Source of the DNA: Camelus ferus
Taxonomy: Eukaryota
Direction of reading: 5' to 3'
Assembly: GCF_009834535.1 (NCBI RefSeq)
Contig: NC_045698.1
Coordinates: forward strand, 12,836,001-12,900,000
Length of the DNA: 64,000 nt
A model generated the notes under the pieces. The model had not been told where the DNA came from, searched no databases, and saw only the letters and a list, made by a program, of their open reading frames with translations. Numbering within the stretch: position 1 is the stretch's first letter; the number at the start of each line of letters is the position of its first letter. The translations under genes and the position numbers were made by a program. Positions 25,234 to 39,159 of this stretch are shown piece by piece.

Positions 25234-26847
25234 TAAATAAGGATTTTTTAATTGACTTTTCATACTGATAACTTATTTAAGCCATACGTCTGGTCTTTGT
25301 ACTTTTCAGTTTTCAATATTTTACTGCTGTGGTTTCCTCTCTAATCATCTTTGTGGCTTTTAGACTTATATTTTAAGGCTTTTAAAATTATAATATTTTT
25401 AATGTTTTTTGTTGGAGTTTGGGCTAAAGCTAAAGTAGATGTGTTTGTTAAATGTGATTACTTTACCTGGAAGTATTTTACAGGATTAAGCGTACTAACA
25501 TTTATGGTGTATAGTGATATAACTTAGACTTGAAAGCACATACATTTGATAGGTCGGTGGCACGAGACTAATTTTGGAGATCAGTATTCACACTGGCCAG
25601 AGTGTTCTTTTCTAATTTAATTGAAAATTGTCTCAGATCCAGCAGAGCTTCCTGGTTTTCATTTGAAGCATTCATTCCTACATATTTAAGAGCAGACACA
25701 ACATCTTTCTTACGAGGAGCAGTTATATAACTTCAGTGGGTGAGCATCAAAGAGGTGGGACATCTTTCCATTTAAATCACTGGAAAATTGATCAATTCAA
25801 GATATCAAACTCTCAGATGCTCTTTTGCAGTGAAAAATAAGCAATTCTAATGACTTGGCTTTAGAGATGAGAAAAGATCAAGTGAAAGACTGATTTTTAC
25901 ACCCGTTCTCAAGCGTAGAAGCCTTATGATGCAGCAGTAATTTCACAGATTTGCCATCTAACTGCAGCAGAATGCTTTCTGGGACAATAGGTTGCCACCA
26001 ACAGTCTCATGGAAACTGTGTGCTTAGAAAGAGCTCACAAAACAACGAGGTTTATGTATGGGAATCAGACTAATTTTTATTCTTGACAGCCTTTAGATTA
26101 AATCTTAAATTGGATAATTGAGATTTCTATTTGCTTTATCCCCACATAGGGTTTTACTATTTGATTTTCCGTACATTATTGGTAATAGGCTTTATCCTTG
26201 ATTGTCTGAAAAGCTTGGATTTCTTTTCCTTTCAGGAAACAGATGGAGGGTTTTCTTTGGAGCTAAACTTTATGTGTTGCAAAATGAAGATTTTTCATTT
26301 AAAAGCTTTCCTTTAAGTTCTGTAATTGAGTAAGTGAAGCAAGATCAAATAAATCTTGATCTTGGTCACATCCTGTACCTCTTCATCCTATATTCACATT
26401 AAGATGTAATGATATTTGAAATGTTCTCTTTCTCAAACCACCAATTATTATTTAAATTCATTTCACCAGGGAAGAAGCTTTAACCTGGCAAAGGCAGAAA
26501 ATAAAAGAGCCCAGAGCGCAGTGAGAGACACTGCACTGCATACTTCAGGAAGGGCCCAACAGAGCTTTAAAAATTAAAATATCATGACTGTAATTTTGTT
26601 GAGACTGCTCTTTCTTCCATTCGATCTTCCTGTCTGTAAAACTTCCCCTCAGGCACTGTGGTTCAGGTGGCACATTTAGGACTCAGCTAAGACGAGGAAG
26701 AGATGGGGAGACCGCTGGTTTTATTCAGTGGGCTGTACCTGAGGGGTTTATGGTCACATTCCTGTGGAGTTCAGTTACTCTTACTATTTCCTTTACACAC
26801 AGCACTGGAAATAGTTAGGCTGTAAAGTAGAAACACACCTTGAAATA

Positions 26848-27225
26848 TGTTGTAGACTGAGAGTTTGTGCCCCCTCCAATTCATTTATTGAAGCCCTACC
26901 AAATGAGACGGTATTTAGAGTTAGGGCTTTTGGGAAATCTTTCAATTTAGAAGAGTCATGAGGGTTGGTACCTGAAGATAGGATTAGTGTTCTTATAAGA
27001 AAAAGAAGAGAGACTAGAGCTTTCTCTCTGTCTCTCTCTCTCGCTATGTGAAAATACTCTGAGAAGGTGGCTGTCTGCAAGCCAGGAAGAGGGCTCTCAC
27101 CAAGAACCCAGCCATGCTGGCACCTTGGTTTTGGCCTTCTCACTCTCCACAACTGTGAGAAATCTCTGTTGTTCAAACCAGCCAGTCTCTGGCATTTTGT
27201 TACAGCATCCCGATTAGACTAAGAG
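26848..27225 (+). mobile_element. MaLR solo LTR (MLT1A-like)
   Basis: tgttgtagactgagagtttgtgcccc...gctgtctgcaagccaggaagagggctctcacc...ttttgttacagcatcccgattagactaag. Confidence 0.88.
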
Positions 27226-28036
27226 AAAAATGCACAGAATCAGAAACAAATCATTGGAAAATGTCCTTGATCATCAGATGTGTAAATGTAAGGGCAAGAT
27301 CTAGTTCTCACTGAAGTAACTGTTTTGAAAAGTGGACTAGATAATGCAGCAAATGTAATTGTAAACACACTAACTTTTCTTTTTGATGAGGAACCTTCAA
27401 TAAGCATTTTATGAGAATTCTCATGTTTTTAGGAAACAAACATGTGCTGCACTACAAATAGCACAACTGCCCATGTACAGAGTTTTGTCCTGGCTGAGGT
27501 TTGACAGTTCAGTGTTAAACTGCATACAAAATTGCCACCGACATCACAATATGTCCTAAGAAATCAAGTATTCCTATCTATTTCATCAATAAGTCAGCGC
27601 ATGCTTGGTTACACACTTACGTAGCTCAACCTCAAACAGGGACAACTCAATCTGAGAGCACTGTTGAAGAATGATTTTTGAAAGAAATTTAAAATGATGA
27701 CTTTTGTACAGGTACAAAAACAAACGTGATTAGGATTTCATTTAACTCATTTAGGAAACTGGGAAGATGTTAAACAGCTCAAAGGAAAATCCAAGGACTG
27801 TGTATACATGTATACATATGTTTGCATCAGGAATATTGAAATGAATGAAATGAATGTAACATTTGGAGATAAAACTAGCTTCGTCTACAGTAGGGGAGAG
27901 AAATGGATTGAACCTATACTTTCATATTTACAGACAAGAATTATCATGTATTTCTATCAACTATCTACAGTTTACAGAGTGGTGAAGTACCTCCCAAAAA
28001 ATCAGAATAAGGTAACCCAGAAAGGTGTACTTTAGG

Positions 28037-28243
28037 CAAGAGGTGGGCAAAGTGTTCTGTTAAGAGCTAAATAGGAAATATTTTAGGACTGCGTGTGCTG
28101 AGTACTCAAGTCAACCATTGTGGAGCTGAAGTGGCCACAGACAACGTGAAACACATAGGTATGACTGTGTTCCAATGAAATCTTATTTACAGAAGCTGAT
28201 GCTGAGCTGAATTTGGCCAGAGGGCTGGGTTTGCCACCTCCTG
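28037..28243 (+). mobile_element. MER58A-like hAT-Charlie MITE
   Basis: Imperfect TIRs caagaggtgggcaaa / tttgccacctcctg; internal tgactgtgttccaatgaaatcttatttaca. Confidence 0.85.
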
Positions 28244-29219
28244 CTCAAGACAGTACACTGTTGTCCATGGAAGCACATCTCTTCCTCTACACTGCTTTAA
28301 TACAAGTTCAAGGCTTGAGAATTCGTGACTACACAAATAATTTGAAGCTAGATTGCAAATTTGGGAGATGGCTACTGTATGCAATTACTCTGAAATCTAA
28401 CCTTTTGAATCTGTGCTTCAAGGAAGGGGGTTACTTGGAACTCCCACTTGAACATTTCAAAACTCAGGTAGCCCCTGGACTTTGATATTTTTCCCTTTGT
28501 CCTGAATTGTCATTCAAACCCATTTATGTCACAGGGCTTTCCTCCCATAATTAAGAATCAGCCTCAGGGGGAAGAAAAGTTTTGTGTTCTGACCTTGTCT
28601 ATACTCTTTTTTCCTTCCAGGTTTTGGCATGGTTAATATTTACCTAATGGTTGCTACTTTTAGGACACTTTTTTTACAAACATATTTAATCCTTATTTTT
28701 CACTATCATTATTTGAACGTAGGTCTGAATTGTTGAGTTGACATTTGTATTCACAGAAATCCCATTTTTAATGTTGTTTTAAATGATGTTTTAAATATCT
28801 TTAGTATCCATTTTAGTATTGCACAAAATAACCTTCATTGAATGTTCTTTGGGCTTTCCAGTTTCACTAATAACAATAAAACATATTATTTGCTCACTCC
28901 ACATCTATTCTGAGCCATTTCGAGTGATTTTAGGAGACTTAAAATTAAGAGCCTTCCTTTCATAAGAAATGGAAAAGCATTATTCAAAATATTTTAGTAC
29001 TGGTTCCATAGATGATGGAGTATCTTCAGATTTTTAATACATATTTTGATTTACCAATATTGGATAATTTTTAAGAAATGATTCTACTCTATAAAATAAA
29101 TTTTAATGTGTGTTTCTGACTATGATTATTTTTGAAAGAATCATTGTATTCTATACCACAAATTATAATCTTTTCTTCTTACTAAACACTCTGTAAGTAA
29201 AAAAAAAAGAAGCAATATT

Positions 29220-30430
29220 ATGAGAACACATTTATGACAGAAGTAATAAAGTCTATTTTAAATATGCAAATATGCAAAAAGATTTATATCATAAAAGGAT
29301 AAGCTTATATGTTTAAATACATTAAATTTTAAAAAATGATCTCTATAATTGAAGAAACATTACACAAAATTAAAAAAATAAGACAAAGTCTAGGAGAAGA
29401 CATTGGTAATTTATGCCATGTTAATTGATATGAACCCAGAATCTAAAATGAATGGCAAATAATTAAGAAAGTGTAACCAATGCAATAGGAAAATTGGCAA
29501 TAGTATTAATTCATTGAAGCTGAAATCCCCAGGGGCAATAAACTGTAATAGTCAATAAACAAATGAAGAATTGCACAATCTCTTTACATGCTATCAAGGG
29601 AAATAAAATTAAAACACAATGAAAAATAACTTCATATGCTTAAAAATAGCAGAAGGCAACACCTCTTCTGTTCACTGCTCATTGGCCAGAACTAGTCACG
29701 TGGTCCCACCTAAACCTATGTGTGGCAGAAGTGACTGGAAAGCAGAGAGGTGGATGTATTTGGTGACTATCAACACCATCCATAATAATTTGATAATGTT
29801 CATTGAAGGTGAAGTTGTGTACAACCCATAGCTTGGCATTTTCATTTCTAAGAATCCAATGGAGATATTTTTACAGATGTACAAAAGGAGATGCATACAA
29901 AAAAGTTCTTAGAAGCATTGCGTGCAATAAAGAAAAATGTCTATTGAAGGCAAAAGAGAGAGAGTTATTTTGGCATATTCATACAATGGAATGTTTTAGA
30001 GCTATTAGAATGAGTGTTCCAGGATCCATACATCAACCTGGATAATTCTTAAAAACACATAATGAATAAGAAAAAAATAAACTAGCCACATAGTGTTGTA
30101 TAAAATGATCTTTTGTATGAGAACTTGTATAATACTGAAAGTAATACTATATATTGTTCTAGGATAGCTATCAATGGCTACAAGCCAAGAACACAGGAAC
30201 AGAAAGTATGTTTGATATATTTAGGAAGATGAGTCATCTATGCAGAGAGAGGGAATGGGTTGGATACCATAGTGGGGTACAAAGGAGGCATTAATTCCTT
30301 AATGGTCCTCTGAAGTGTAAATTTAAATCAGACAAGGCAAAATATTCAGTATGGATGGCACATATACGGTCATTTAGAATAATACTTTCTAAATTATTTG
30401 TTTGACATTTTCTAACTAAAAAATAAAGTA
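29220..30430 (+). mobile_element. Decayed L1ME-type 3' portion, interrupted by a MaLR fragment (~29655-29780)
   Basis: A-rich L1 motifs (ggcatattcatacaatggaatg); MLT1-like cactgctcattggccagaactagtcacgtggtcccacctaa. Confidence 0.6.
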
Positions 30431-30956
30431 AAGGGATGGAATGAGTGGTGGGGTGAGGCTGAAGTGTCTGGCCTCAGAAAGCTCTTCTAAATCATGCATG
30501 CATAGTTGAAACCTGACTTTGACTCATAATCATATTTCATAATGATAAGATTAAAGTTTTAAGTTACCATTAAGTAAAATTGATGCTCAGGAAGATGGGA
30601 TATTTTCCTGTTTCCTACAGCTTCTCCAGTCACTCGAGATTGCAGTTAATTTGGTTTGACCTTGTGCTTGGACCCACAAAGATCTTCCTTCCTCTGAACT
30701 CTTGTGATCTTTCCTGTAAAAAGCACCTGTTTTGACAATTCTCACTGCCTTATACAATTACTTTGAACAATTTTGTGCATGTTATTTGGGTCCATCCTGA
30801 GAATGCAAGCATCTAGAGGTCTGTAGGAATGCCCTATCATGCTTACATAAGTGCCTGCCATGGTGCTAAATTTATGAATGAATTCCCTCAACATACTTGA
30901 TGGCATTCAGAAGTTTTATGTAATTATCATGCTCGTTGGTAGAATGATTATAACAA

Positions 30957-30993
30957 GTGGTGTGTGTGTGTTTGTGTGTGTGCACACACACAC
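30957..30993. repeat. (TG)n(CA)n head-to-head microsatellite
   Basis: Perfect 20-bp palindrome TGTGTGTGTGCACACACACA at 30973-30992. Confidence 0.9.
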
Positions 30994-33114
30994 TTGGTGG
31001 AGTTGAGGCAAGGGCAGAAATATTTCGATGTAGGTTCATTTGCTCTCTTAAGTTGGAATGGTGGGAACACCTAACAAATGATTACGTATGTGTGTCTTGT
31101 AGACATATCTACTGTAATACAGTACATGTGTTCCTAAAAAACCCCTCACGTTCTGTAGAATCATCAGCTTAAAATTAAAGGGACTCACACCAAAAACAGG
31201 GTCAAACTTAGGGCATTAAACCACAGGCAGCTTTGAAAAAATAGTCTAAGAAAAAATACTCCTAATAAAAATACCAGTAAAGCCAATCAGAGATTAACTT
31301 TCTAAGGTATAAACAAGTTATTTCAATACATATTGGACTTAGAACAAACTAAATACAGCAACAGCTTGATGGAAAGGTTGAGATCGCTGAGTTTTGGAAA
31401 AACAGGTAGACTGCACAGAGATGCCTCAGCCTTTCCAAGACAGCTAAAGGTTCAGCTGAGTCCAAGAAAAGAGCGTAGGGTGGATGGGTATCACATAGAG
31501 TACTAGATTTTTCCATGGCTGGCTGCGTTCAGTGGTGGTAGCAATGTTTTAAGTTTAGTTGACATTCCATGAGAGTACAAAGCATGCTTACCTTGCTTAA
31601 TTGATTTTATGTCCTTTGTTATCAAAGTATTTTAAGACTTTCCAATGGCTATGTTCTTTTTTTTTTTTTTTTCTTAAGCTCTGATGCTTTTAGTTTCTTC
31701 CGTATCTGAACTTTCAGGAATTCCATTTATATATAATGCCAAGTGAAGCATGGTGAATCACTCTATGTGCTTTCTTATGGCTAATCAGAAGTTCATGTAT
31801 TCTAACTCTTGTTTTGATAAAATGAAAATTAGAATTCTACATATATTTATACATTTATATTTTTCTAGTAAAATAATGGATTTATAAATAATATCTATTT
31901 TAGATAGGGAAACAAGGTAAATGCTATGTTACTAGTATATAATAAATTAAAAAAAATGGATTGTAATATAGCTTGATAAATATATTTATCTTTCTATTTA
32001 ATATTAAATTGTGTTTCTGATTGCTTTCTTAGCAAAAAAGTTATGATTCATTGAGATTCATCAAATAAATTTTATCCAAAGCTCCTAGGCTTACAAGATA
32101 ATGGACTTATACTAGTATGGTGATTGATGATTGATTCTAGTCATTGAATGTCTTTCCCCAAAGTTACCCTGGAGAGACTCATCTTTAGATAATAGTCAGC
32201 CATAGCTTTAAGAGATTTTCACTTCATAATTTGGGTTGCTCCACTGAGGAGCCTGAGATATTGAACTGATTACAGGTAAATTACCTTTGTGTCATTTACT
32301 TCCTTGACTATGTGGGTGGGTAGTGCAAACAGTGAATTCTATTTTGAATTAGATAATTCTTACTTAGTCAAACACTGTATTAAGTCTTTTGAAATATTCT
32401 TTACTAAAAGTATTCCTTAGAACTATAACCAGATGTTTAAAAATAGAAATGAATATATTCAGGCTGAGAATGCTACTCAGCTATGTTTAAATACAATAAT
32501 TCATTTTTAAGTAAGATTTTTGTATGATTTCTGTGATCAAATAGCCATTTAACAAAATTAGCATCATGTATTTTTTGGCTTCAGATTTTTTCATTCCTTA
32601 TTTTCTTTGAGCATAGTTTTATGAATAATGTTACTCTAAAGTAAGCTAACTGAACTAAGAAGAATATAATTTTTCTGACCTGGTAACAAAATTTTCAAAC
32701 TTTAGGATTTTAAGATTATTGCTATATTTTCCAGTTTGACCATGAACAAGAATCCCCAAACCTTCTTTGAAATGATTATTGAGCTATTAAGAAGCATAAA
32801 ATAAAATAATTTCTAAAATTGGAATATGGTAATCATTTTCTTCCATTAAGAAAATGACAGTCAAAATATGTGTGTTCTGCCAATCTCCTTTTCTTGTTCA
32901 ACATTTTGGTATATAATGATTTTAAAAATATATTTTAAAGTATTTAAATAAAGATAAATTGGAAGACTTAAAATCAGTTCTCTTTATTTTGTGGTTAGTT
33001 GACTTAATTAAAATTAACTTTATTTTCAGTGTTCAGATTGTAGTTTTGGAAAATATTTTTGAAAATTATTTTGGTTATTATCAATATTCAGAGATTATTT
33101 TTGCTACTTCTTCT

Positions 33115-33820
33115 TGCTATACTGGTTAAAACTGAAGAGATTATAAATGTCAAGTGTTAAAGGGGATGTAGAGCAATTGGGACTCATACATTGATGTTTG
33201 GAATAAAGAATGGTACAACTAATTGGAAGAGTATGATAGTGTTTTAGTAAATTTATGCATGTGCTTACTCTGTGACATAGCCATTTCACTACTGGGTACT
33301 TATCCAAGAAAAATAAAAACTTTTGGACACGAAAAGACATGCACTGTAATATTTTTATCAGCTTTGACCTATAATAGCCCACACACTGATCCCCAGGTGA
33401 ATGGATTAACAAATTATGTTATATGCATACCCGGAGTACTAGGCAGTAAAAGGAATGAACTATTGATACTCACAACAGTTTGCATGAATGTCAAAACATT
33501 ACCTTGGACAAAAGAAGCAAAAAAAAAAAATGGTATATAGTATATTCTGTATATTTCTACTTGTACGAACTTGCAGCATACACAAACTAAGGAATGGTGA
33601 TAGAAATCAGAAATGTAGTTGCCTGGAGGAAGCATGGAATAGACTAGAAAGGGACATGAAGAAACTTTCTGGATAATAGAATTGTTCTTAATTAGTGGCG
33701 CGCACATGTGTGATTGCATTTGTCAAAATTCAATAAACTATATGCTTAAAATCAGTACACATTACTGTATATAAATTGAATTCAATAAAAGTAATGAAAA
33801 AATAAAAACAAAAAAAACAT
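33115..33820 (+). mobile_element. L1MC/L1ME-type 3' end
   Basis: ORF2 C-terminal remnant (CDIAISLLGTYPRKIKT), L1 3' UTR, aataaaa and A-rich tail. Confidence 0.82.
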
Positions 33821-35084
33821 CTATTATTTGAAATAACAATAACTGGCTAACGTTGAATTTAAAATAACTGCAAGTTTATATAGAAAGATCTGTTTTACAT
33901 AAAAAATGTGACCATGTGACAATACAAATTAATATCTAAATTAAGGAGCTTTTGAGAGTAAAATAAATACTACTCATGATTTTGCTGGGTTAAACTTAGT
34001 AAATCAGGACCTTTCTGGGAAAATTATCAATTGTAACTTGAGTTATGACTCATTTCCAAAACTTGTGACTTAAAGGTCTATAGAACAACTACTTGTAGAG
34101 GTAGACTCACAACCTGATTATTTATATCTTTGGAAAGTTCAAGGGCAGCTGATAATTTTCAGTAATTGTTAGTACCATGATGGCATGGAGACCTTCAGTA
34201 GTCACAACTGAAAATGTGGTATGAATCAGACACACCCAGTGATGTCTATGAATCTTATGCTTCTGTTACGGAAATAGCTGAACCAGCATGACTGTGTTCA
34301 TCTCTCATCCACATTTTTACATCTGAGCTCACAGACTCATTAGATCGCTGCATTGTTCACACTCCAGACTTTTCCAGATGACACATGGAATTATTCCACC
34401 AGTTGGAGTGCTAGCCTACAGAACGTGATTTATCTCTCAATCAGTGACTAGTATGTGCTACTACTTTCCCCATTGTCAGACTATGACAGAAATATTTACA
34501 GGGTGGAGTGGGGACAACAAAAAGTAGAATTATAATCAAATTTTTAAATCTGAAAGGGCTTTCTGGAGAAAGTGATATTTGAACTAGTTTTTAAGGATAG
34601 GTAAGCATTATATAGGCAGATAAAAGCAGAAACAAAGAAAATAGCATGAAGAAATGTGCTGAAATTTCAAATAGCATGATATTTTCAAAGTACTGATGGA
34701 GAGAGGAGAGTGTGAGGGGAGAGGAAATGGTAAAAGTAACATTAAAAAGTTTTCTACATTCAAGTTTCTTTATTTAGTTTTATGAGGGTGTGATAGGGCC
34801 CCTAGTCTTTAAGTGCCTCAGTATATAATCAACTAAATTTATAGGCAAAGAAGATGAGGCAAACACCAAATTTCTCATTGGAATACTAGATAATTTTTAA
34901 AGAATAATTTTCAAGTGTAGTGTGCTTTTTATGTAGCACAGTTTTATTGTAATCTATGAAAACATTATAATCTTTATTTAGTAAATTTTTTTCTCCTCTT
35001 CGTTTTTACAAATTCAAAAATAGCCCATATAAGTTAATATGAGCAAGTATTTTAATATATTTGAACAGGATTAATAAACACCTG

Positions 35085-35340
35085 TGTATCAGTTAGTTAT
35101 TGCTGGGTAACAAACTATTCTAAAACACAATGGCTTAAAATAACAATCATGGATTATTGCTCATAAGTCTACGGTAGGCTGGGCTCATTCATCCATCTAC
35201 AGTCAGCTGTGGGTGAGATGTCACTGCTGATCTCTGGTATGTTCCATCACATGTTTGGGATCAACGTGCTGTCAGTTGGTCTGGAACAATGTCACTTTTC
35301 TCCACATGGTCTCTCATCACTTTGTAAGCTAGTCTGAGTT
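35085..35340 (-). mobile_element. MaLR LTR fragment (MLT1G/H-like)
   Basis: tgtatcagttagttattgctgggtaacaaactattctaaaacacaatggcttaaaataac. Confidence 0.7.
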
Positions 35341-35516
35341 CTTAGAGAGACAGAAAATATGAGCAGCCTTGAAAATTGAGAGGATATGAAAGTGGATAGA
35401 AGAGTGGGATGTAGCATTCCAAAACAGACACAGAAATGCTATGAGCACAGATCAGACTATGTGTGGAAGGTTAGGAAATATAATGAAGAAATGAGTCTCA
35501 CTGAAGCAATAGGATA

Positions 35517-35880
35517 TGTATTAGTCACCACCACCAAAATAATGCAGCCACATAACAAACTGTCAAAAACTCAGTGACTGGGGTGATTCATTCAAGCTGC
35601 TATCAGCTGAGATTGGCTCCAGGCTGTGGATTAGTTTAGGTATGCTCCATGTTTGTTCTTTCTGGGGCCCAGGCTAAAGGGGCATCCACTACTGAAAAAA
35701 GCTGTTCTTAAAGCAGCTCACTGTAGTTTAAGATCCAAGCAAAAACAGACAATCACAGTTAAAGTCGCTGCTTGCATCACATTTGTTAAATTTTTATTGG
35801 CTATTAGTCACATGGCCAAAAAGTACCAACAAGGCAGGGGCATATACTCTACCCACTGCAAGAGGGTGGTTGTTTTATAG
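35517..35880 (-). mobile_element. MaLR LTR fragment (MLT1I/J-like)
   Basis: tgtattagtc...aatgcagccacataacaaac...ttattggctattagtcacatggccaa. Confidence 0.6.
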
Positions 35881-35989
35881 CAATAACCCAAAACGTCAGA
35901 GTATATTTGGTGAAGTAAGGGAGAAATGAGGACCTAGAAACTAAGCGAACACATAATTTAGGTTGAATAATTGTGGTGCAGTTGGAGGT

Positions 35990-36563
35990 TGTGACGCATA
36001 TGGTATTTTCCAAGATGACCGCATTGATATCTCCCATCCCACACACTTGTCACAGTGTGACAATGAGACTCCTCACATCACGTGATGAGGTCTATAGCCA
36101 CTCCCCTTGATTTTAGGCCAGCCTTAGTGACTGACTGAGAAAAGTATATGGTGAAAGGGACACTATGATATTTTCAAGTCTAGGTTATAGAAGGCCATAT
36201 AGCTCCTGCCCCCTTCTCTGGAACAATCACACTAGGCCTAGAGCCCTCCACTGCCACGTCAGCTCTCTGACTGTCCCCAGGCGCCCATGCTGTGAGGAAG
36301 CCCAGAGTGCCACCTGTAAGAGGACCACACGGAGAAGTTCTGACACTGCATAAAGATGAAGTGATGCTTCACTCATCCCAGTCACTTCAGTCCCAGTGTT
36401 CCAAGTCCAGCCTCCCTCTCACCACAACCTCATAGAAGACTTTCTGTCAGACCACCTGTGGATTCCTGGCCTCCAGGAACCATGAGAGGTAATTAAATGA
36501 GCATTGTTTGAAGTCACACAGTTTGGGGATGATTTGTTGTGTAGCAGTAGGTAACTGGAAACA
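35990..36563 (+). mobile_element. MaLR solo LTR (MLT1F/G-like)
   Basis: tattttccaagatgaccgc...ctccccttgattttaggcc...gtttggggatgatttgttgtgtagcagtaggtaactggaaaca. Confidence 0.8.
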
Positions 36564-39159
36564 TATGGTTGGGCATAAACACCAGGAAGAGAAATCTGAG
36601 CTAAGTTTAATAAGCCAGGAACAACCACAGAAAATCTGTTGGATAGAAGAATAGCCAGATAGATGTGGTGTTTTAAGAAGTCCAGGCAAGTGTCTGTGTG
36701 CAGGATCACCTGATAGCGGGGGTGCCTGGAAGTGCAGAAATGATCTCAGTGTTCCAGGCACCAAATGAACAGTCTTTGGCAAGGTTGAGCTTTTGCTATT
36801 TACAGGAACATTTCTCTCTGTACAGATAGAAATGCTTTAGAGAAGTTGCATATGTTGATTTTGGGAATTTACTCATTTTTTAAGGATCTTGACCTCTTAA
36901 TGAACACCCTACTGAGTCATTTTATGAGAAATGTATTTATCTCCTTATAAATGTTTCATAAATGTGAGTTTTCATTAATTGGTTCAATGACCTTATCCAT
37001 TAGTCATTTTGTTCATTATTTTAAAATCTCCATTTAGCACTGCTACTGTGTAGAAACCAAGAGATTTTATTAGCATCACATGATGTAAAATTAATGAGCT
37101 AACATCAAACTTCCCCCCCCCAAATGATTTAAAGCAGCAAGCTTTAATATCCACTTCAGCAATCAGTACATTTCACAACGTAGTACCCTTTAGTCCAGCG
37201 CCACTAGGACATCTATTAGATTACAGTGGTGAGTCCTTGAGACATATTTGCATCACTGCTGATGCTCAGTAGGTATCTCAGACTGTAAGCATGTGATTTT
37301 GTGGCACATATAACCCAGCAGGTCAGTATTCCTCTCTCTAATCGAGGATCACCCCCCTCTACTACTTTAGGAAGAGAAGAGGGGTTATCTTGCTGCCCTC
37401 ATTGTGTCTGGTATCAGCCTGCTCCCCAAAATCGCTCTTTCTCTGTTCCCTGCTCTCCCTTAAATCATCTCCCTCAAATTCACTTCATTGCTGTCTGGTG
37501 CTTAATCAACAACCCTCCCATTTGGCCATTTCCTGCATTGGGGGCCACTCTGAGAGGGATATGTGGGGCAGGGCTATGCTTCCCTTCATTACCTTGTGTT
37601 TTATTCCCTAGAACCCTGTTCCAGAAAGCTCTAGGAAGTACCACACTCTACCAATGATACCAAAAGAAAAAGTTAAAACTAGGAAAGAAATATTTTAAAC
37701 TGCACACCATGTATTTGATGCCTCAAAAGCCACGTTTCATGTTCAGAGTGTCCTTGAATGTCCACCCTGGTCTAGTCTCTGTGCCTCTCTTTGAGAGCGA
37801 TTTTCTCCTTTTTCTAATCTCCATCATCAAAGTTTTACCTTTCTTCTGGGGGATTCTATTCACTCAGCATAGATTCAGTGTCAGGATCCAGCCTCTTGCT
37901 CTACATCTTCCAAAGTCAAAAGTGCTTATTTACTCAAGAGTAATTAAGGGAGGGGACATTAGCCGGAGTCAGTGGTGGCATGTAGCCTGCCAAGGGTCAT
38001 AGGTAGTTCAGAGCTCTCTAAGTCCCCTTCCCCATTTACTCACCAGTATAAACTGCAGACTTTTTAATCTTCAGATTGTAGAATCTCCTCCTCTCCCTCT
38101 TCCCCCATTTTGGAAATGATATAACCTAGCTCCTCACATTGAGAAAGAGAGGCATTCCTAATCATGTTTAAGTCAGAGATGTTTCTTCCCATTATTTTGC
38201 AAGCGGTGTTTGTTTACTCTGTTCAGTTTTTTCCTCTATCCCTCCCACATTTTGTCCCATCAGGTCTGTTTAGAATTGGAATAGATCTGGAGGTGAGCCA
38301 CTGAATTTTTAAAGTGGCCATTCTCTTTAGCTACAGAAAATATTTAGGAAAATTTAGAAATTAGCTCAATTAGATATCGAAGAAACATAACTGATCCTTG
38401 TCTGGGAGAAAGAGGAAGGGGAAGTTTAGCTTTCTATGTAGTAGAAGAAATCTCTGAGTAGCTTTTAATTATTTTTGCTTGATGCTTGTTAATTAATAAA
38501 GCTGAATGCATTGCTGCCTAGTACCCTGTTTTATTCATTTATTCGTGAGGTTAGACTATGTTAAATGACTAAGGATTTGCCATGTGAAGATTTGGAATAA
38601 GAGCATTCCTGACTTCCCCAAACGCAGCTGTTGCAAACACAAAAATGACTTTAGAATGTTTGAGGAAGGAATGAAGGCCAGCAGGAATGGGGTCTAGTAT
38701 AGATCCTAAATATTTTCCCAACACTTTTAGTTTAGAAAATAGAGAATGGAGGGTGTATTTCATTTTCAAAATTGTGTATTCTTACTTAGAAAAAGAACTG
38801 AAAGTAGAAGACTACTTTAGGTCTTTCTTTTCTTGACCATCAACTATGTCCAAGATTCATCCCAAATCGAGGAAGATTGGAGGAATAAGAGAAGAGCAAT
38901 TCTGGAGAAGATTTAGAATATTTTGAACCTTTTCAGAAATAAGGAATAAGAGAAAATTTTTTTAGCTTTCGACCCTGGGAGCTTGATCTGGTTTTCCGAC
39001 ACGTCACTGTGGTTCAGCGTTTAAGGTGCTTTAGCTAATACATTGCTCTCTCCTTTCTGGGAGAAGTAGCTCAGGTTTTCTGTGTTTAATAGCTTAGGTA
39101 GAACACCAGGAGAAGTTTACTAATAAAATATTTTGGAGAAAAAGTAGGAGAGAGAGACT

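Noticed and set aside
22030..25240. Long plus-strand ORFs (22030-22590, 23150-23506, 24097-24393, 24728-25240)
   Set aside because: Antisense shadows of L1 ORF2, not independent genes
31105..31330. Possible Tigger/mariner-type fragment starting tactgtaatacagta
   Set aside because: Second terminal inverted repeat not found and family could not be assigned
37301..38002. Cluster of 73-118 aa plus-strand ORFs
   Set aside because: Mostly non-ATG starts, pyrimidine-biased composition, no domain or splice support
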